From: an uncultured delta proteobacterium | GTDB taxonomy: Bacteria > Desulfobacterota > Desulfobacteria > Desulfobacterales > SpSt-501 | Direction: 5' to 3' | Length of the DNA: 64,000 nucleotides | Assembly (NCBI GenBank): GCA_963716785.1 | Contig: CAVQUW010000019.1 | Location: 82,837 to 146,836 of the forward strand | Part shown: piece by piece, positions 38,083 to 48,947 of the stretch | Layout of the letters: each line of letters opens with the position of its first letter | Position numbering within the stretch: position 1 is the first letter of the stretch | Translations under genes and position numbers: made by a program | Notes under the pieces: model-generated | Database searches by the model: none | What the model saw: only the letters and a program-made list of their open reading frames with translations | What the model was told of the DNA's origin: nothing

Positions 38083-39483
38083 TCATTGCGCGCCGGTATA
38101 GTCGATCCATGCCGCCACCTCGCGCGGCTTCCAACGCTTGCCGTAGATGAAGTTGTCGATCACGGGGAAAACCGTCTGCGCCAGGTGCGAGCGGCGGATC
38201 ACCCAGCGCGCCAGGCGGTGGAGGCTGCGGTTGGGGCGGCTGTAGGGGCAGACCCCCATGCAGATCGAGCAGTCGGTGCCCGCCTTGGCCCAGTAGTCGA
38301 AGCAGGTCTCCTCGTTCAACTTCCACTTCTCGATCCCGTGGACCACGATCTTCTCCCCCGCGGGGATGGAACGCGACGGGCAGGAGTCGGCGCACTTGAG
38401 ACACTTGCGGCAGAAGCCCTCCACGCCCAGGTCGACCGGCTTGTCCGGCACCAGGGGCATGTCGGTCGTCACCGCGAAGAGCCGCACGCGGGGCCCGAGC
38501 TTGTCGGAGATCAGGTAGCCGAAGCGGCCGAGCTCGCCCAGGCCGGCGTCGATCGCAAGCGGCACCATGTTGAGGTCGTAGTGCCGGCTGTGCTGGGCCA
38601 CGGCGCGATAGCCCATGCCGGCAAACCAGCGCGAGAGGATGGTCGTGATGAAGGCGCCCTTGCCGTAGTTGAACGCGCTCTCGAACAGCGCCGGCGTGTG
38701 GGGGCCGGCCCCGACGTTTCCATGGTCCATCTCGGTGGCGATCACCACCGCATACGGCAGGGGTTCAGGGATTTCGCGGCCCCACTCCTCCCAGTTGCCG
38801 TAGAAGATCTCCCCGCGGTGGGAGTAGGCCCAGGACGGGTTGACCCGGCAGACCCCCACCAGGTCGGCCCCGATGCGCCGGGCCAGCCCCTTGAGAATGG
38901 CGGTCGCCTTTTCGGGACTCAACTTTTCAGGCGCCGCGCCCTCGGGCGGCGACGCCGCGGCCAGCGGACCGAAGACCGGCGGCATGTCGAAGCAGGCCCC
39001 GATCATGGCGACGTTCGGCCGATAGCCGTTGTCGATCGCCCCCATCCGGCCCACCGTCCCGCCCTTGGCGCGTCGCTCGGCGTCCTTGGCTTCCTTTTCG
39101 GGGTGGGCCTCGTAATAGCGGCGGTAGACATCGGAGCCGGGCGGCAGCGAGCGGTTGCGGGCAAAGACCACGTCGCGCTCGTCGCAGCGGCTGACTTCGC
39201 CGGCGGCATATCCCATGCTGCCTTTGAGCGCTCTGGGGTTGGCCCCGGTCGGGAGAATGAACCCGATTCCCGCCGCCAGGAGGACCCCGAACAACACCGC
39301 GACCGCCACGCGTGCGGCCGGTATGAAAAATACCGCAATACCCAGCACGACCAAAACGGCGCATGCCCAAAGCCCCACCCACGGGGCCCGCGGCTCTTTC
39401 TCTCTGAAGGACTCGAAGGTGAAATACCCGGCAGCCGCCAGCAGCAGCGCGTCGATGAACAAAAGGATAAAGGTTGATTTCAT
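38083..39483 (-). CDS. rdhA: Reductive-dehalogenase-like corrinoid/2x[4Fe-4S] protein with N-terminal TM helices
   Basis: About 3 N-terminal TM helices; DERDVVFAR; GADLVG; AGLGELGR.G; GPRVRL..VTTDMPL.PD.PVD.G; FCRKCLKCADSCP; CSICMGVCP; no Tat motif. Confidence 0.8.
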   Translation of the reverse strand: MKSTFILLFIDALLLAAAGYFTFESFREKEPRAPWVGLWACAVLVVLGIAVFFIPAARVAVAVLFGVLLAAGIGFILPTGANPRALKGSMGYAAGEVSRCDERDVVFARNRSLPPGSDVYRRYYEAHPEKEAKDAERRAKGGTVGRMGAIDNGYRPNVAMIGACFDMPPVFGPLAAASPPEGAAPEKLSPEKATAILKGLARRIGADLVGVCRVNPSWAYSHRGEIFYGNWEEWGREIPEPLPYAVVIATEMDHGNVGAGPHTPALFESAFNYGKGAFITTILSRWFAGMGYRAVAQHSRHYDLNMVPLAIDAGLGELGRFGYLISDKLGPRVRLFAVTTDMPLVPDKPVDLGVEGFCRKCLKCADSCPSRSIPAGEKIVVHGIEKWKLNEETCFDYWAKAGTDCSICMGVCPYSRPNRSLHRLARWVIRRSHLAQTVFPVIDNFIYGKRWKPREVAAWIDYTGAQ

Positions 39484-39936
39484 TTCCACCTCAAAATGGA
39501 AGAGTAGTCGGAGCCTGGACCAAGGAATTCTCATACCCCGTTGCCTAAGAAAATCCAAAGCAAATCTGATCCCGAGAGAACAAGCCGCATTGGGTCTCTC
39601 ACACGGGGTTCTCCAAGATTAAAACGACTTAAAATATAGTATACAATAATGAGCGATGATCCCTTTATTTTTAGGCACAATTGTCAAAAGCCTTCCTTTA
39701 TCACCAAGGAAAATTAATGCAACTACATAATATTTTTCAATTTTTATATGCTCGACGATTAAGCATAATTTTATTGACAATTAGGTGCAGCACTGTTATT
39801 GAATGTATACAAATAAGATGCACTTTCAGTTCAAGGATGCATGCAATCTGCTGCTTCCGCCGGCGCAACTGCCGGTCCTCAATGGCCTCCATCGGGGACC
39901 GTGACATAGCCTCGGCGGAAACGAGGGAAAAACCCC

Positions 39937-41397
39937 ATGCCCCCTGAGTTCGAAGGACTTCAACCGGCATCATTTTGGCGTCACTTCAGCGGACTATCCC
40001 GAATTCCGCGCTGCTCCCAAAACGAATCCAAAATCAGAAACCACATCATCGAGATGGCCGTGCAGTTGAACTTGGATTTTCGCCTCGATGCCGCCGGCAA
40101 CCTGGTCGTTGTGAAACCCGCCACCGCCGGAGGCCTCGATCGGCCGACCATCGTTCTGCAATCTCATCTGGACATGGTGTGTGAAAAGGAACCCGGCCTC
40201 GAGTTCGATTTCGACACCGATCCGATTCATTTGATTCGGGAAGGGGACTGGCTAAGGGCCGATGGAACCACGCTCGGGGCGGATAACGGCGTCGGAATCG
40301 CTCTTTGCCTGGCTTTTCTGGAAGACGGGAATCTGCGCCATGGCCCGGTGGAATTGTTGTTTACCGTCGGCGAGGAGATCGGCCTGATCGGCGCCCACGC
40401 CATCACTCCGCAGATGGTTCGCGGCCGAATTCTCATCAACCTGGACAGTGAAGACATCTCCACCTTCTATGTCGGGTGCGCCGGCAGCCGCTTCACGCAG
40501 GTCCATCTCCCGCTGGAGTTTGAAGAACCGCCGCGGGATGGCCAGCGCGTCAGGCTTGTCATCGGCGGGTTGACCGGCGGCCACTCCGGGTTGGACATCC
40601 ACCGCGGAAGGGCCAATGCGCTGAAGCTTCTCGGCCGCCTGCTCGCCGAAATCCGCAAGCATCACAACCTCTCCCTGATCGATGTGAAGGGGGGAAGCTC
40701 CTTAAATGCCATTCCTCGTTTTGCGGAAGCAGTAGGGATCGTTCCGGCCTGCGACCTTCATAGCCTTGAGGGCAGGATCAAGGAAATTGAAGCCGCATTC
40801 AAGACCGAATACCACGCCAGCGAACCCGATCTGACGATTGGCATGGAAACCATCGTCGGCGGCGGAGGGCAGGCTCTCAACAAGGCCATACAGGAGAAGG
40901 TGATCAATTTGCTGCTGGCCCTTCCGCATGGAATCGGCAGCATGGAGGAGGTTTCGCCCGGACTGGTAAAAACGTCGACCAATCTCGCCACCATCGGGGT
41001 CCAAAACGGCAGGCTGACCATCGGCACCAAGCAAAGAAGCTCGGAAGACACGGAGATGCACGCTCTATCCGGGATGGTCGGCGCCTGCGCCGCGCTGGCC
41101 GGGGCAACCACCGAAGTAGGCGGCGACTATCCGGGGTGGAGGCCGAATCGCAACTCGGCGCTCCTAGCGCAAGCCGAGGCGACGTATGCGCGACTTTTCG
41201 GGACAAGCGCGGCGGTGACCTCGATCCACGCCGGCCTCGAATGCGGGTTGCTGACTGCCAAGCTCGACGGATTGGAGGCGATCAGCATCGGCGCCACCAT
41301 CCGCGACGCCCACTCGCCGCGCGAAGCGCTGCAGATTTCCAGCGTGCAGAAACTCTGGGATTTCATCACCGCACTCTTGGACGATATCGGGCGATAG
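39937..41397 (+). CDS. pepD: Aminoacyl-histidine dipeptidase (peptidase M20C)
   Basis: LQSHLDMVCEK, TTLGADNG, EEIGL.GA, NLDSE, GGHSG.DIH.GRANA, NAIPR, IHAGLECG, HSPRE. Confidence 0.93.
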   Translation: MPPEFEGLQPASFWRHFSGLSRIPRCSQNESKIRNHIIEMAVQLNLDFRLDAAGNLVVVKPATAGGLDRPTIVLQSHLDMVCEKEPGLEFDFDTDPIHLIREGDWLRADGTTLGADNGVGIALCLAFLEDGNLRHGPVELLFTVGEEIGLIGAHAITPQMVRGRILINLDSEDISTFYVGCAGSRFTQVHLPLEFEEPPRDGQRVRLVIGGLTGGHSGLDIHRGRANALKLLGRLLAEIRKHHNLSLIDVKGGSSLNAIPRFAEAVGIVPACDLHSLEGRIKEIEAAFKTEYHASEPDLTIGMETIVGGGGQALNKAIQEKVINLLLALPHGIGSMEEVSPGLVKTSTNLATIGVQNGRLTIGTKQRSSEDTEMHALSGMVGACAALAGATTEVGGDYPGWRPNRNSALLAQAEATYARLFGTSAAVTSIHAGLECGLLTAKLDGLEAISIGATIRDAHSPREALQISSVQKLWDFITALLDDIGR

Positions 41398-41453
41398 AAG
41401 GGACGCACCCGAAGTCGATTTCAGCGGTTTCCACGCCGCCAGAAGGAGGGACA

Positions 41454-42519
41454 ATGGAGATTACGATCGGCACTGAGCTACGAGATGAATTCCTGAGCTG
41501 GGAATTGCAAGCCGGTGCACGCAAGCTCGTCGAAGAGATGATGTTGACCCGACCCGGCGAGATGGTGGTTATCTCAGCGGACACCAGCTCCGACATGCGG
41601 GTCGTTCAGGCCACCGCCGGCGCAGTGATGGCCGCAGGCGCGGTCCCCACGGTGGTTATCCATCCCACCCAGAATGAAGGCTACCAGGAGCCTCCCGCAC
41701 CGGTCGCGGGGGCCGTCGCTCAGGCGCAGGTTTGGATCGAGTTCGCCGTAGGCATGATTTTCCTTTCCAATGCCTACAAGAAAGCCATCGAAAACGGGGT
41801 GCGCTACATCTGCCTGACAGGGATGGATGCCATCATGCTGGTCAACACCATCCATCGCGTCGACATCCACCGGCTGATCGTCATGGGCAATCTGCTCAGA
41901 GACCTTGTCATGGCAGCCGACAATGTGGAGATCACCAGCCCGGCCGGAACGGCCCTGACGGCCTTCAACCAAGGGCGCAAGGCCCGCCAGTCCGGAAAAC
42001 TGGCCGACACCCCCGGGGAACCGGTCATGCTGGGGGGACAGGTGTCCTGGTGCCCCATGGAAGAGACGATCAACGGCCGCCTGGTTTTCGACGGAGCGCT
42101 GTACCCGCCCACCGACATGGGCATGCTGAAGGAGCCGGTGTCCCTCACCCTTGAAAACGGCCGGGTGACCCGCGTCGAGGGCGGGAGCGAGGCACGGCGG
42201 TTTGAGAAATGGCTGGCCGACTTCAACGATCCCAACATGTACCGGCTGGCCCACTACTCCCTCGGTTTCAATCCCGGCGTGACCCGGGTGAGCGGTCGCA
42301 TCGTCGAAGACGAAAGGGTTTTCGGGTGCATCGAGATGGGGATCGGGTCTTCAGGGGGCCCAGATCATGGGCAAGACCTGGAAGGCGGCGGCGCACACGG
42401 ACGGGATCGTCCTCAACCCGACCATCATCCTGGACGGAGAGACGCTCGAGAAGGACGGGCGCTACGTGCACCCGGAAATCGTCAAAGCCTGTCGCGAGTT
42501 GAAGGTGGCTGGGTATTAA
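41454..42519 (+). pseudogene. M29/aminopeptidase-T-like (NicX-related) metalloprotein; one +1 frameshift near 42351
   Basis: ITSPAGT.L, PMEETING.LVFDG, LAHYSLGFNP, EDERVFG..E.GIG, AAAHTDGI.L.PTI.LDG. Confidence 0.75.
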
Positions 42520-42577
42520 AGCGAATACGGCAGTTCGAGGCATAGATGCTCATCAATGAAAAGAAAGGAGGTTCGGT

Positions 42578-44164
42578 ATGCGGACGGCAACAAGATTGGC
42601 GGCAATAGCATTCATACTGGCTCTGGCTCTATCCGCGGCAGGGGGGCAGACCTGCTGGGCCAAGGACACCCTGACGGTGGCCTTCACGACGGATTCCCGC
42701 TCTTTTGACCCTGCCACCACCACCCGCGATTTCCCTGGATATGCAACGGTGGGGGCACTGTACGACTGGCTCGTCCAGTACGAAAAAGTACCCCAGGCCG
42801 ACGGCACGATCAAGGTGGACACCACCAAGGTGGTCCCGATGCTGGCGGAACGCTGGGAACACAACCCCGAGATGTCGGAGTGGACGTTCCACCTTCGCAA
42901 GGATGCCAAATTTCACTCCGGCAATCCCGTCAACGCCAAAGCGGTCAAGTACACGTTCGAGCGCTTCGCCAAGATGAAGCTGGCGGCCAAGACCGTTCTG
43001 TCGCTCGCCAAAATCAGCGCAGAGGGCATCGAGGTCATCGACGACACCACGGTGAAGCTCAAGCTTCAAGGGCCCAACCCCCTGCTTCTGGACTATCTTC
43101 AGATGCTCTCGATGGGCATCCAGGACCCGGCCCTGATCGAGGCCAACGGCGGGGTGCAGGAAGGCCAGGCCAATGAGTGGGTCGCCCGCAACGATTGTGG
43201 CTCCGGGCCCTTTAAGCTCGCATCCTACAAACCGGGAGTCGAGATCGTCCTGGAACGGTTCGACGGCTACTGGGGGCCGAAGCCCGGCCTCAAGAAAGTC
43301 GTGTACAAAATCATTCCCGAGGAGTCCACGCGGGCCATGCTGCTCGAACGCGGGAACATCGACGTCATGTGGTGGATCCCCTCCAAGGACTACGATCTGC
43401 TTTCCCAGAAGAAGGACTTGAAAATCGTCGGCCGGCCGACCACGCGCGTGACCTACATCGACATGAACCGCAACCTGCCGCCGTTCGACAATCAGCAGGT
43501 CCGGAAAGCCATGGCCTATTCCTTCCCCTACGACAAGGTCATCAAGGACGTCCTCTACGGGCGTGCCGTGCAGATGACCAGTCCGGCCTCGGAAGGCAGC
43601 CCGAGCCACACGGATGAGTTCTTTCACTACAAGCAGGACCTCCAGAAAGCCAAAGCGCTGCTGGACCAGGCGGGGTACAAGGACGGGCTCTCCTTTGTCT
43701 TTCAGATCGGCGAGGGCCGGATTACCGCCAACAAGGAAATTGCCGTCACCTGGCAGGCCGAACTGGCGAAAATCGGCGTCAAGATGGAGATCGACGTGCT
43801 GCCGCAGGCGAGCTTCCTCGATCGGCTGAAAAGCAAAAAAGTCCCCATCTTCATGATCGCCTGGACCTCGTTCGTGACCGACCCCTGGTATCAATTCAAA
43901 TTCCTGCTCGGTTCGGACAGTTTCTGCAACTATGCCGATATCCACGACGCCCAGCTGGATGCCTGGAACAAGCAAGCCGAAACCCTGGTGGACAAAAAGG
44001 CCCGCTATGCGCTGTCGAAGGAAGTGCAGCAATATGTGAGTGCGAACGATCTGTGGGTTTATATGTTTCAACCGATCGCCGACACGGCGATGAACAAGCT
44101 GGTACAAGGGTTTTATCTGAGTCCCGACGACCAGTTCCACGTCCGGACCATCCATTTCAAGTAG
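42578..44164 (+). CDS. Peptide/nickel ABC transporter substrate-binding protein (family 5)
   Basis: Signal peptide; PMLAERWE, WTFHLRKDAKFHSG.P..A..VKYTFER, GSGPFKL, PFDN.QVRKA. Confidence 0.92.
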   Translation: MRTATRLAAIAFILALALSAAGGQTCWAKDTLTVAFTTDSRSFDPATTTRDFPGYATVGALYDWLVQYEKVPQADGTIKVDTTKVVPMLAERWEHNPEMSEWTFHLRKDAKFHSGNPVNAKAVKYTFERFAKMKLAAKTVLSLAKISAEGIEVIDDTTVKLKLQGPNPLLLDYLQMLSMGIQDPALIEANGGVQEGQANEWVARNDCGSGPFKLASYKPGVEIVLERFDGYWGPKPGLKKVVYKIIPEESTRAMLLERGNIDVMWWIPSKDYDLLSQKKDLKIVGRPTTRVTYIDMNRNLPPFDNQQVRKAMAYSFPYDKVIKDVLYGRAVQMTSPASEGSPSHTDEFFHYKQDLQKAKALLDQAGYKDGLSFVFQIGEGRITANKEIAVTWQAELAKIGVKMEIDVLPQASFLDRLKSKKVPIFMIAWTSFVTDPWYQFKFLLGSDSFCNYADIHDAQLDAWNKQAETLVDKKARYALSKEVQQYVSANDLWVYMFQPIADTAMNKLVQGFYLSPDDQFHVRTIHFK

Positions 44165-44232
44165 ACCGGATGCGGGCGGGAACCGTCGGCCCCCGCCCGC
44201 CCTATAAGTGGTTTCAAAACCTCGGGTGACGC

Positions 44233-45246
44233 ATGCAGCGCTTTATCATCAAACGCCTGATCTATATGGTCCCCACCCTGCTGGGAGCGTTGCTGCTGAT
44301 GTTTATCGTGACGCGCATCCTGCCGGGCGACCCCGTGCTGATGATCCTCGGCCCGGCGCACTCCTCGCCCGAGAACATCGAGACGATGCGTCGGATGATG
44401 GGCATCGACCAGCCGTTGCCGGTTCAATTCTTCAAATACTTGGGCCAGGTCCTGAGCGGAGACCTCGGATATTCGTACCGCGCGGGCAGCCCGGTGGGGC
44501 AGGAGCTGCTGCGGCGTTTTCCGGCGACGCTTGAGCTGACCACTTTCGCGTTTGCCCTGATGGTGTTGGTCAGCCTGCCGCTGGGCGTGATCTCAGGGTA
44601 TTACCGCAACAAACTGCCCGATCACGCCATCAGCCTGTTCACGGTGTTCGGGGTCTCCATGCCCATTTTCTGGTTCGGGCTTCTGCTGATCTACGTCTTT
44701 TTCTATTGGCTGAACCTGGCCCCTCCGCCCATGGGACGGCTTTCACCCGAATACTCGCTTCCGGCGACGGTCACCGGCCTGCTGACGGTCGACGCCCTTC
44801 TGGCGGGCGATTTCGAAGCCTTCCGGGGCGCCCTGGGCCAATTGATCCTGCCCGGGCTGACGCTCTCCTTTTTCAACTGGGCCATCATCGTCCGGACCGT
44901 AAAAGCGGACCTGATCGAAACCCTCGAAGAGGATTACATCCGCACGGCGCGTGCGATGGGAGTGGGATTGAAATCCATCCTCTTCCGGCATGCCCTGCGA
45001 AACGCCCTGCTGCCGACGGTTACCATGGCGGGCACCATCTACGGCGCGCTTCTGGGAGGATCGGTCCTGACCGAGGTGGTTTTCTCTTGGCCGGGGCTGG
45101 GTTCATACGCCGTGGAATCGATCCAATACCTAGACTTTGCGGGCCTGCAGGGATTCATTCTCTTCTACGTGCTGATCTTCGCCTTGATCAACCTGATCGT
45201 GGACCTTTCCTATCGGTTCATCGACCCGCGCATCCAGCTGGCATAG
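44233..45246 (+). CDS. Dpp/Opp ABC permease B
   Basis: LPGDP, GDLGYS, PATLEL, EDYIRTARAMG, HALRNALLP, EVVFSWPGLG, IDPRI. Confidence 0.92.
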   Translation: MQRFIIKRLIYMVPTLLGALLLMFIVTRILPGDPVLMILGPAHSSPENIETMRRMMGIDQPLPVQFFKYLGQVLSGDLGYSYRAGSPVGQELLRRFPATLELTTFAFALMVLVSLPLGVISGYYRNKLPDHAISLFTVFGVSMPIFWFGLLLIYVFFYWLNLAPPPMGRLSPEYSLPATVTGLLTVDALLAGDFEAFRGALGQLILPGLTLSFFNWAIIVRTVKADLIETLEEDYIRTARAMGVGLKSILFRHALRNALLPTVTMAGTIYGALLGGSVLTEVVFSWPGLGSYAVESIQYLDFAGLQGFILFYVLIFALINLIVDLSYRFIDPRIQLA

Positions 45247-45253
45247 GCAGACT

Positions 45254-46129
45254 ATGGAGACCGTGGCATTCACGCCGATCGACACCCACTCTCTGCGATA
45301 CCGGGCGCGGCTGTTTATGAAGAACACGCCGGCGGTGGTCGGGCTGATCGTTCTGCTCTTCGTCTTCCTGTTGGCGGCCCTCGGACCGGCGCTGTCGCCG
45401 CACGACCCCCTGGCCACCGATTTTACCGTCAAGCTCAAGGGTCCTTCCTGGCAGAACCCCTTCGGCACGGACAACTACGGCCGCGACATCATGAGCCGGG
45501 TTTTCAGCGGGGCACGGTTTACCCTGCTGGCGGCCCTAATGTCCGTAGCGGTCGGGCTGGGGGTCGGGGCGCCGGTGGGTGTCGTGTCCGGCTATTTCGG
45601 CAAAGGCACCGACACGGTCCTGATGCGCAGCGCGGATGTACTCCTGGCCTTCCCCCCGATGATTCTGTCCATGGCCATCGTCGCCGGCCTGGGGCCTTCG
45701 CTGGTCCACGCGGCGATTGCCATCGGCATCTCCTACATCCCCATTTTCGCCCGCGTGGCCCGCAGCCGGGCGATCCAGATCAAACAGCTGGACTACGTTC
45801 AGGCCGCCCATGCGCTGGGTTCCGGGCACATGCGGATCATCCTGACGGATCTCATGCCCAACTGCATGACCCCCTTGATCGTTCAGGGAACCGTCTATGC
45901 GGGGTACGGGATTTTGTGGGTCGCCGCCTTGAGCTTTATAGGACTGGGAGCCAAAGTGCCCGTGCCGGAGTGGGGTTTGATGATTGCGGAAGGCCGGCAG
46001 TTCATCATCAGCGGTCAATGGTGGACCACTCTCTTCCCCGGCTTGTTCATCATGCTGGGGGTGATGGGGTTCACCTTGATCGGAGACGGGCTGCGCGAGG
46101 TTTTCAATCCGAAGCTGCGGTTGAAATGA
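45254..46129 (+). CDS. Dpp/Opp ABC permease C
   Basis: PFGTDNYGRDIMSRV, LAFP, YVQAAHALG, LSFIGLG, PEWG.MI. Confidence 0.92.
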   Translation: METVAFTPIDTHSLRYRARLFMKNTPAVVGLIVLLFVFLLAALGPALSPHDPLATDFTVKLKGPSWQNPFGTDNYGRDIMSRVFSGARFTLLAALMSVAVGLGVGAPVGVVSGYFGKGTDTVLMRSADVLLAFPPMILSMAIVAGLGPSLVHAAIAIGISYIPIFARVARSRAIQIKQLDYVQAAHALGSGHMRIILTDLMPNCMTPLIVQGTVYAGYGILWVAALSFIGLGAKVPVPEWGLMIAEGRQFIISGQWWTTLFPGLFIMLGVMGFTLIGDGLREVFNPKLRLK

Positions 46130-46158
46130 GCCCCGTGCGCCCGCGCAAGGAAAATACC

Positions 46159-47136
46159 ATGACCGACGTGCTTATCGACGTGCGCCGCCTGCGAACCCGC
46201 TTCAAAACCGATGAAGGCATAGCCATGGCGGTCGATGGCGTCGACTTGTCGATCGGCCCCCGCGAAACGTTGGGACTGGTGGGCGAGTCCGGCTGCGGGA
46301 AAAGCGTGACCGCCCTCTCCATCATTCGCCTGATCCCCGACCCGCCGGGCCGCATCGTGGGCGGGAGCGTGCATTTCAACGGCCGCGACCTGCTGCATCT
46401 TAAGGAATCCGAGATGCGCACAGTGCGTGGGCGGTCGATTTCGATGATTTTCCAGGAACCCATGACTTCGCTCAACCCGGTGATCCGCATCGGCGCCCAG
46501 ATGACGGAAATCATCCGCATCCATCAGAAGCTGCCGAGTACCGCGGCAAGGTCTCTGGCGCTTGAGATGCTCGAAAAAGTGCGGATCCCGGACCCCGCCA
46601 GAACCCTCGACCAGTACCCGCATCATGTCAGCGGGGGGATGCGGCAGCGGGTCATGATCGCCATGGCCTTGTCCAGCCGGCCGGCCCTGCTCATTGCCGA
46701 CGAGCCGACCACGGCCCTGGACGTTACCATCCAGGCCCAGATCCTGGAGCTCTTGAACCGGCTTAAAGAAGAAACGGGCACCGCGATTCTGCTGATCACC
46801 CACGATCTCGGGGTTGTCGCCGAAATGGCGGAGCGCGTGGCCGTGATGTACGCCGGAAAAGTGGTCGAAACGACGGACGTCAAAAGACTGTTTGCCGCCG
46901 CCCTGCATCCTTACACCCGAGGGTTGATGGATTCACTGCCGAAGATGGACAGGCCGGTGCCCGCGGACAAGCGGCTGAAGGCGATCCCGGGCTTGGTGCC
47001 CAGCCTCTTCCGACTGCCTTCCGGCTGCGCCTTCAAAGAACGCTGTTCGCAGGCCATGGAAAACCGTTGCGGCGAAGCCCCCCCGCTCTTCGAGGCCGAA
47101 GAAGGCCACTGGGTGAAATGCTGGCTCTATGGATAA
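46159..47136 (+). CDS. Dpp/Opp ABC ATPase D
   Basis: [39 protein letters not shown]-terminal Cys motif. Confidence 0.92.
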   Translation: MTDVLIDVRRLRTRFKTDEGIAMAVDGVDLSIGPRETLGLVGESGCGKSVTALSIIRLIPDPPGRIVGGSVHFNGRDLLHLKESEMRTVRGRSISMIFQEPMTSLNPVIRIGAQMTEIIRIHQKLPSTAARSLALEMLEKVRIPDPARTLDQYPHHVSGGMRQRVMIAMALSSRPALLIADEPTTALDVTIQAQILELLNRLKEETGTAILLITHDLGVVAEMAERVAVMYAGKVVETTDVKRLFAAALHPYTRGLMDSLPKMDRPVPADKRLKAIPGLVPSLFRLPSGCAFKERCSQAMENRCGEAPPLFEAEEGHWVKCWLYG

Positions 47137-48097
47137 ACGACCGCTGCTGGAAATTGTGGGGTTGAAAAAACACTTCCCCGTCGGTGGGGGGATATTCAGC
47201 GCCCCCCAACGCTACGTCAAGGCCGTGGACGGGGTCGATCTCACCGTCCGCGAGGGCGAAACCCTGGGCCTCGTTGGAGAGTCGGGCTGCGGGAAAACGA
47301 CGATCGGCCGCTGCCTGATCCGCCTGGAGGATCCCACGGCAGGACGGATCGTCTTCGACAACACCGATATCCTAAAGCTGAACCGGTCGCGGATGAAGGC
47401 CGTGCGCCGCAACCTGCAGATTGTCTTTCAGGACCCCTACTCTGCCTTGAACCCTCGCAAAACGGTCGGCCGGATCATCAGTGAGGCATATACCGTCCAC
47501 CGTCTGCATCGCGGACCCGAGGCTCGGGCGCGGCTCGAAGAGTTGGCCGGTCTTGTGGGATTGAGGCCGGAGCAGCTCCACCGCTACCCGCATGAGTTCT
47601 CCGGCGGCCAACGGCAGAGAATTTCGATCGCACGCGCACTGGCGCTCCGCCCAAAGCTCATTGTCGCGGATGAGCCCGTTTCAGCCCTGGACGTCTCGAT
47701 CCGCGCCCAGATCCTCAACCTGCTGGTGGAGCTTCAATCGAGACTGTCCCTGACCTATCTCTTCATCTCGCATGACCTGAGCGTGGTCCGGCACATCTGC
47801 GACCGAGTCGCGGTCATGTACCTGGGGCGCATCGTGGAGATGGCGGAGCGCGATCAGATATTCAACGACCCGGCGCACCCGTACACCCGCACCCTGCTTG
47901 CCGCCGTCCCCATGCCCGACCCCTTGGCCGGACGCGAGCGATCGTCCCTCATCGGCGAAGTGCCAAGCCCATTGAACCCTCCCGCGGGGTGTGCGTTTCA
48001 CCCCCGTTGCGGGATATGCCGGACGGGGTGCTCAGAGACCCCGCCTGTGCTGAAGGAGACGGCGCCGGGACACTGGGTGGCCTGCCATGAGGCATAG
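47129..48097 (+). CDS. Dpp/Opp ABC ATPase F
   Basis: [41 protein letters not shown]. Confidence 0.92.
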   Translation: MDKRPLLEIVGLKKHFPVGGGIFSAPQRYVKAVDGVDLTVREGETLGLVGESGCGKTTIGRCLIRLEDPTAGRIVFDNTDILKLNRSRMKAVRRNLQIVFQDPYSALNPRKTVGRIISEAYTVHRLHRGPEARARLEELAGLVGLRPEQLHRYPHEFSGGQRQRISIARALALRPKLIVADEPVSALDVSIRAQILNLLVELQSRLSLTYLFISHDLSVVRHICDRVAVMYLGRIVEMAERDQIFNDPAHPYTRTLLAAVPMPDPLAGRERSSLIGEVPSPLNPPAGCAFHPRCGICRTGCSETPPVLKETAPGHWVACHEA

Positions 48098-48130
48098 GGG
48101 GTCATGTAAGAGCCGCCGAGGAAGGGATTC

Positions 48131-48784
48131 ATGAACAGGGGAGAAATTGCCGTCATCGAAATCCGGAAACGGATCATCGCCGGCGAGATGAAGCCCGGTC
48201 ACCGCCTGAAAGAGAAGGAACTCTGCCAGCTGTTCGGTCTCAGCCGCACGCCGGTTCGTGAAGCCCTCAGGCGCCTTGAAACCGAAGGGCTCGTCACGAT
48301 TTCACCGAACCGGGGCGCCCGGGTGGTCAGACTGACCAAGAGCGATTTGTCCCATCTCTACGAAATGCTCTTTACCATCGAGGGCGCAGCCGCACGACTC
48401 GCCTGTTCGGCAATATCAGACTCGCAAATCGACAAATTGCTGGAGTACCATGAGTGGTTCATCCAGGGCATAAAGGAAAAAAATTTCAAACACTTGCGGC
48501 AGGTGAACTTTCAATTCCACAAGCTCATCACCGAAGCCACTGGCAACCCCTACCTCATGGAGTCATGGAGTAATCTGCGGCTGCTGTGGACCCGGCTGAG
48601 TGACCTGATGCTCTCGCCCCAGTTCCCGGAAATCGTCAAAGCCAGCCTGGAAGAACATCTAGAAATCGCCAACAGCTTCCGTAAAAGAAACCCGGCCTCG
48701 GCGGAATTCGCTATGCGCTCCCACCTTGAAACAGGCAAGAAAATCATTTTCGAACATATCGACCGCTGGGAGGACGCACCTTAA
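48131..48784 (+). CDS. GntR (FCD) family regulator
   Basis: PG.RL.E..L...FGLSRTPVREALRRLE.EGLV; N..FH...GNPYL; EH. Confidence 0.92.
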   Translation: MNRGEIAVIEIRKRIIAGEMKPGHRLKEKELCQLFGLSRTPVREALRRLETEGLVTISPNRGARVVRLTKSDLSHLYEMLFTIEGAAARLACSAISDSQIDKLLEYHEWFIQGIKEKNFKHLRQVNFQFHKLITEATGNPYLMESWSNLRLLWTRLSDLMLSPQFPEIVKASLEEHLEIANSFRKRNPASAEFAMRSHLETGKKIIFEHIDRWEDAP

Positions 48785-48928
48785 AACTGAAGCGCTTTCG
48801 CCCCCATGTCCGAGCATGTCACGATCCGCGCCGGCCCCGATGAAAACCGCAAGCCGGTTCCAGTCGCCCAGAGAGGACCCTCGGCATTAGGGCCGCGAGC
48901 GCAAGAAACGGGTCGACGCCTTCCGGTC

Positions 48929-48946
48929 CAACTGCTATAGCAGTTG
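48929..48946. promoter_or_regulatory. Perfect 18-bp palindrome abutting the EamA start codon
   Basis: CAACTGCTATAGCAGTTG, ATG at 48948. Confidence 0.45.
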
Positions 48947-48947
48947 C

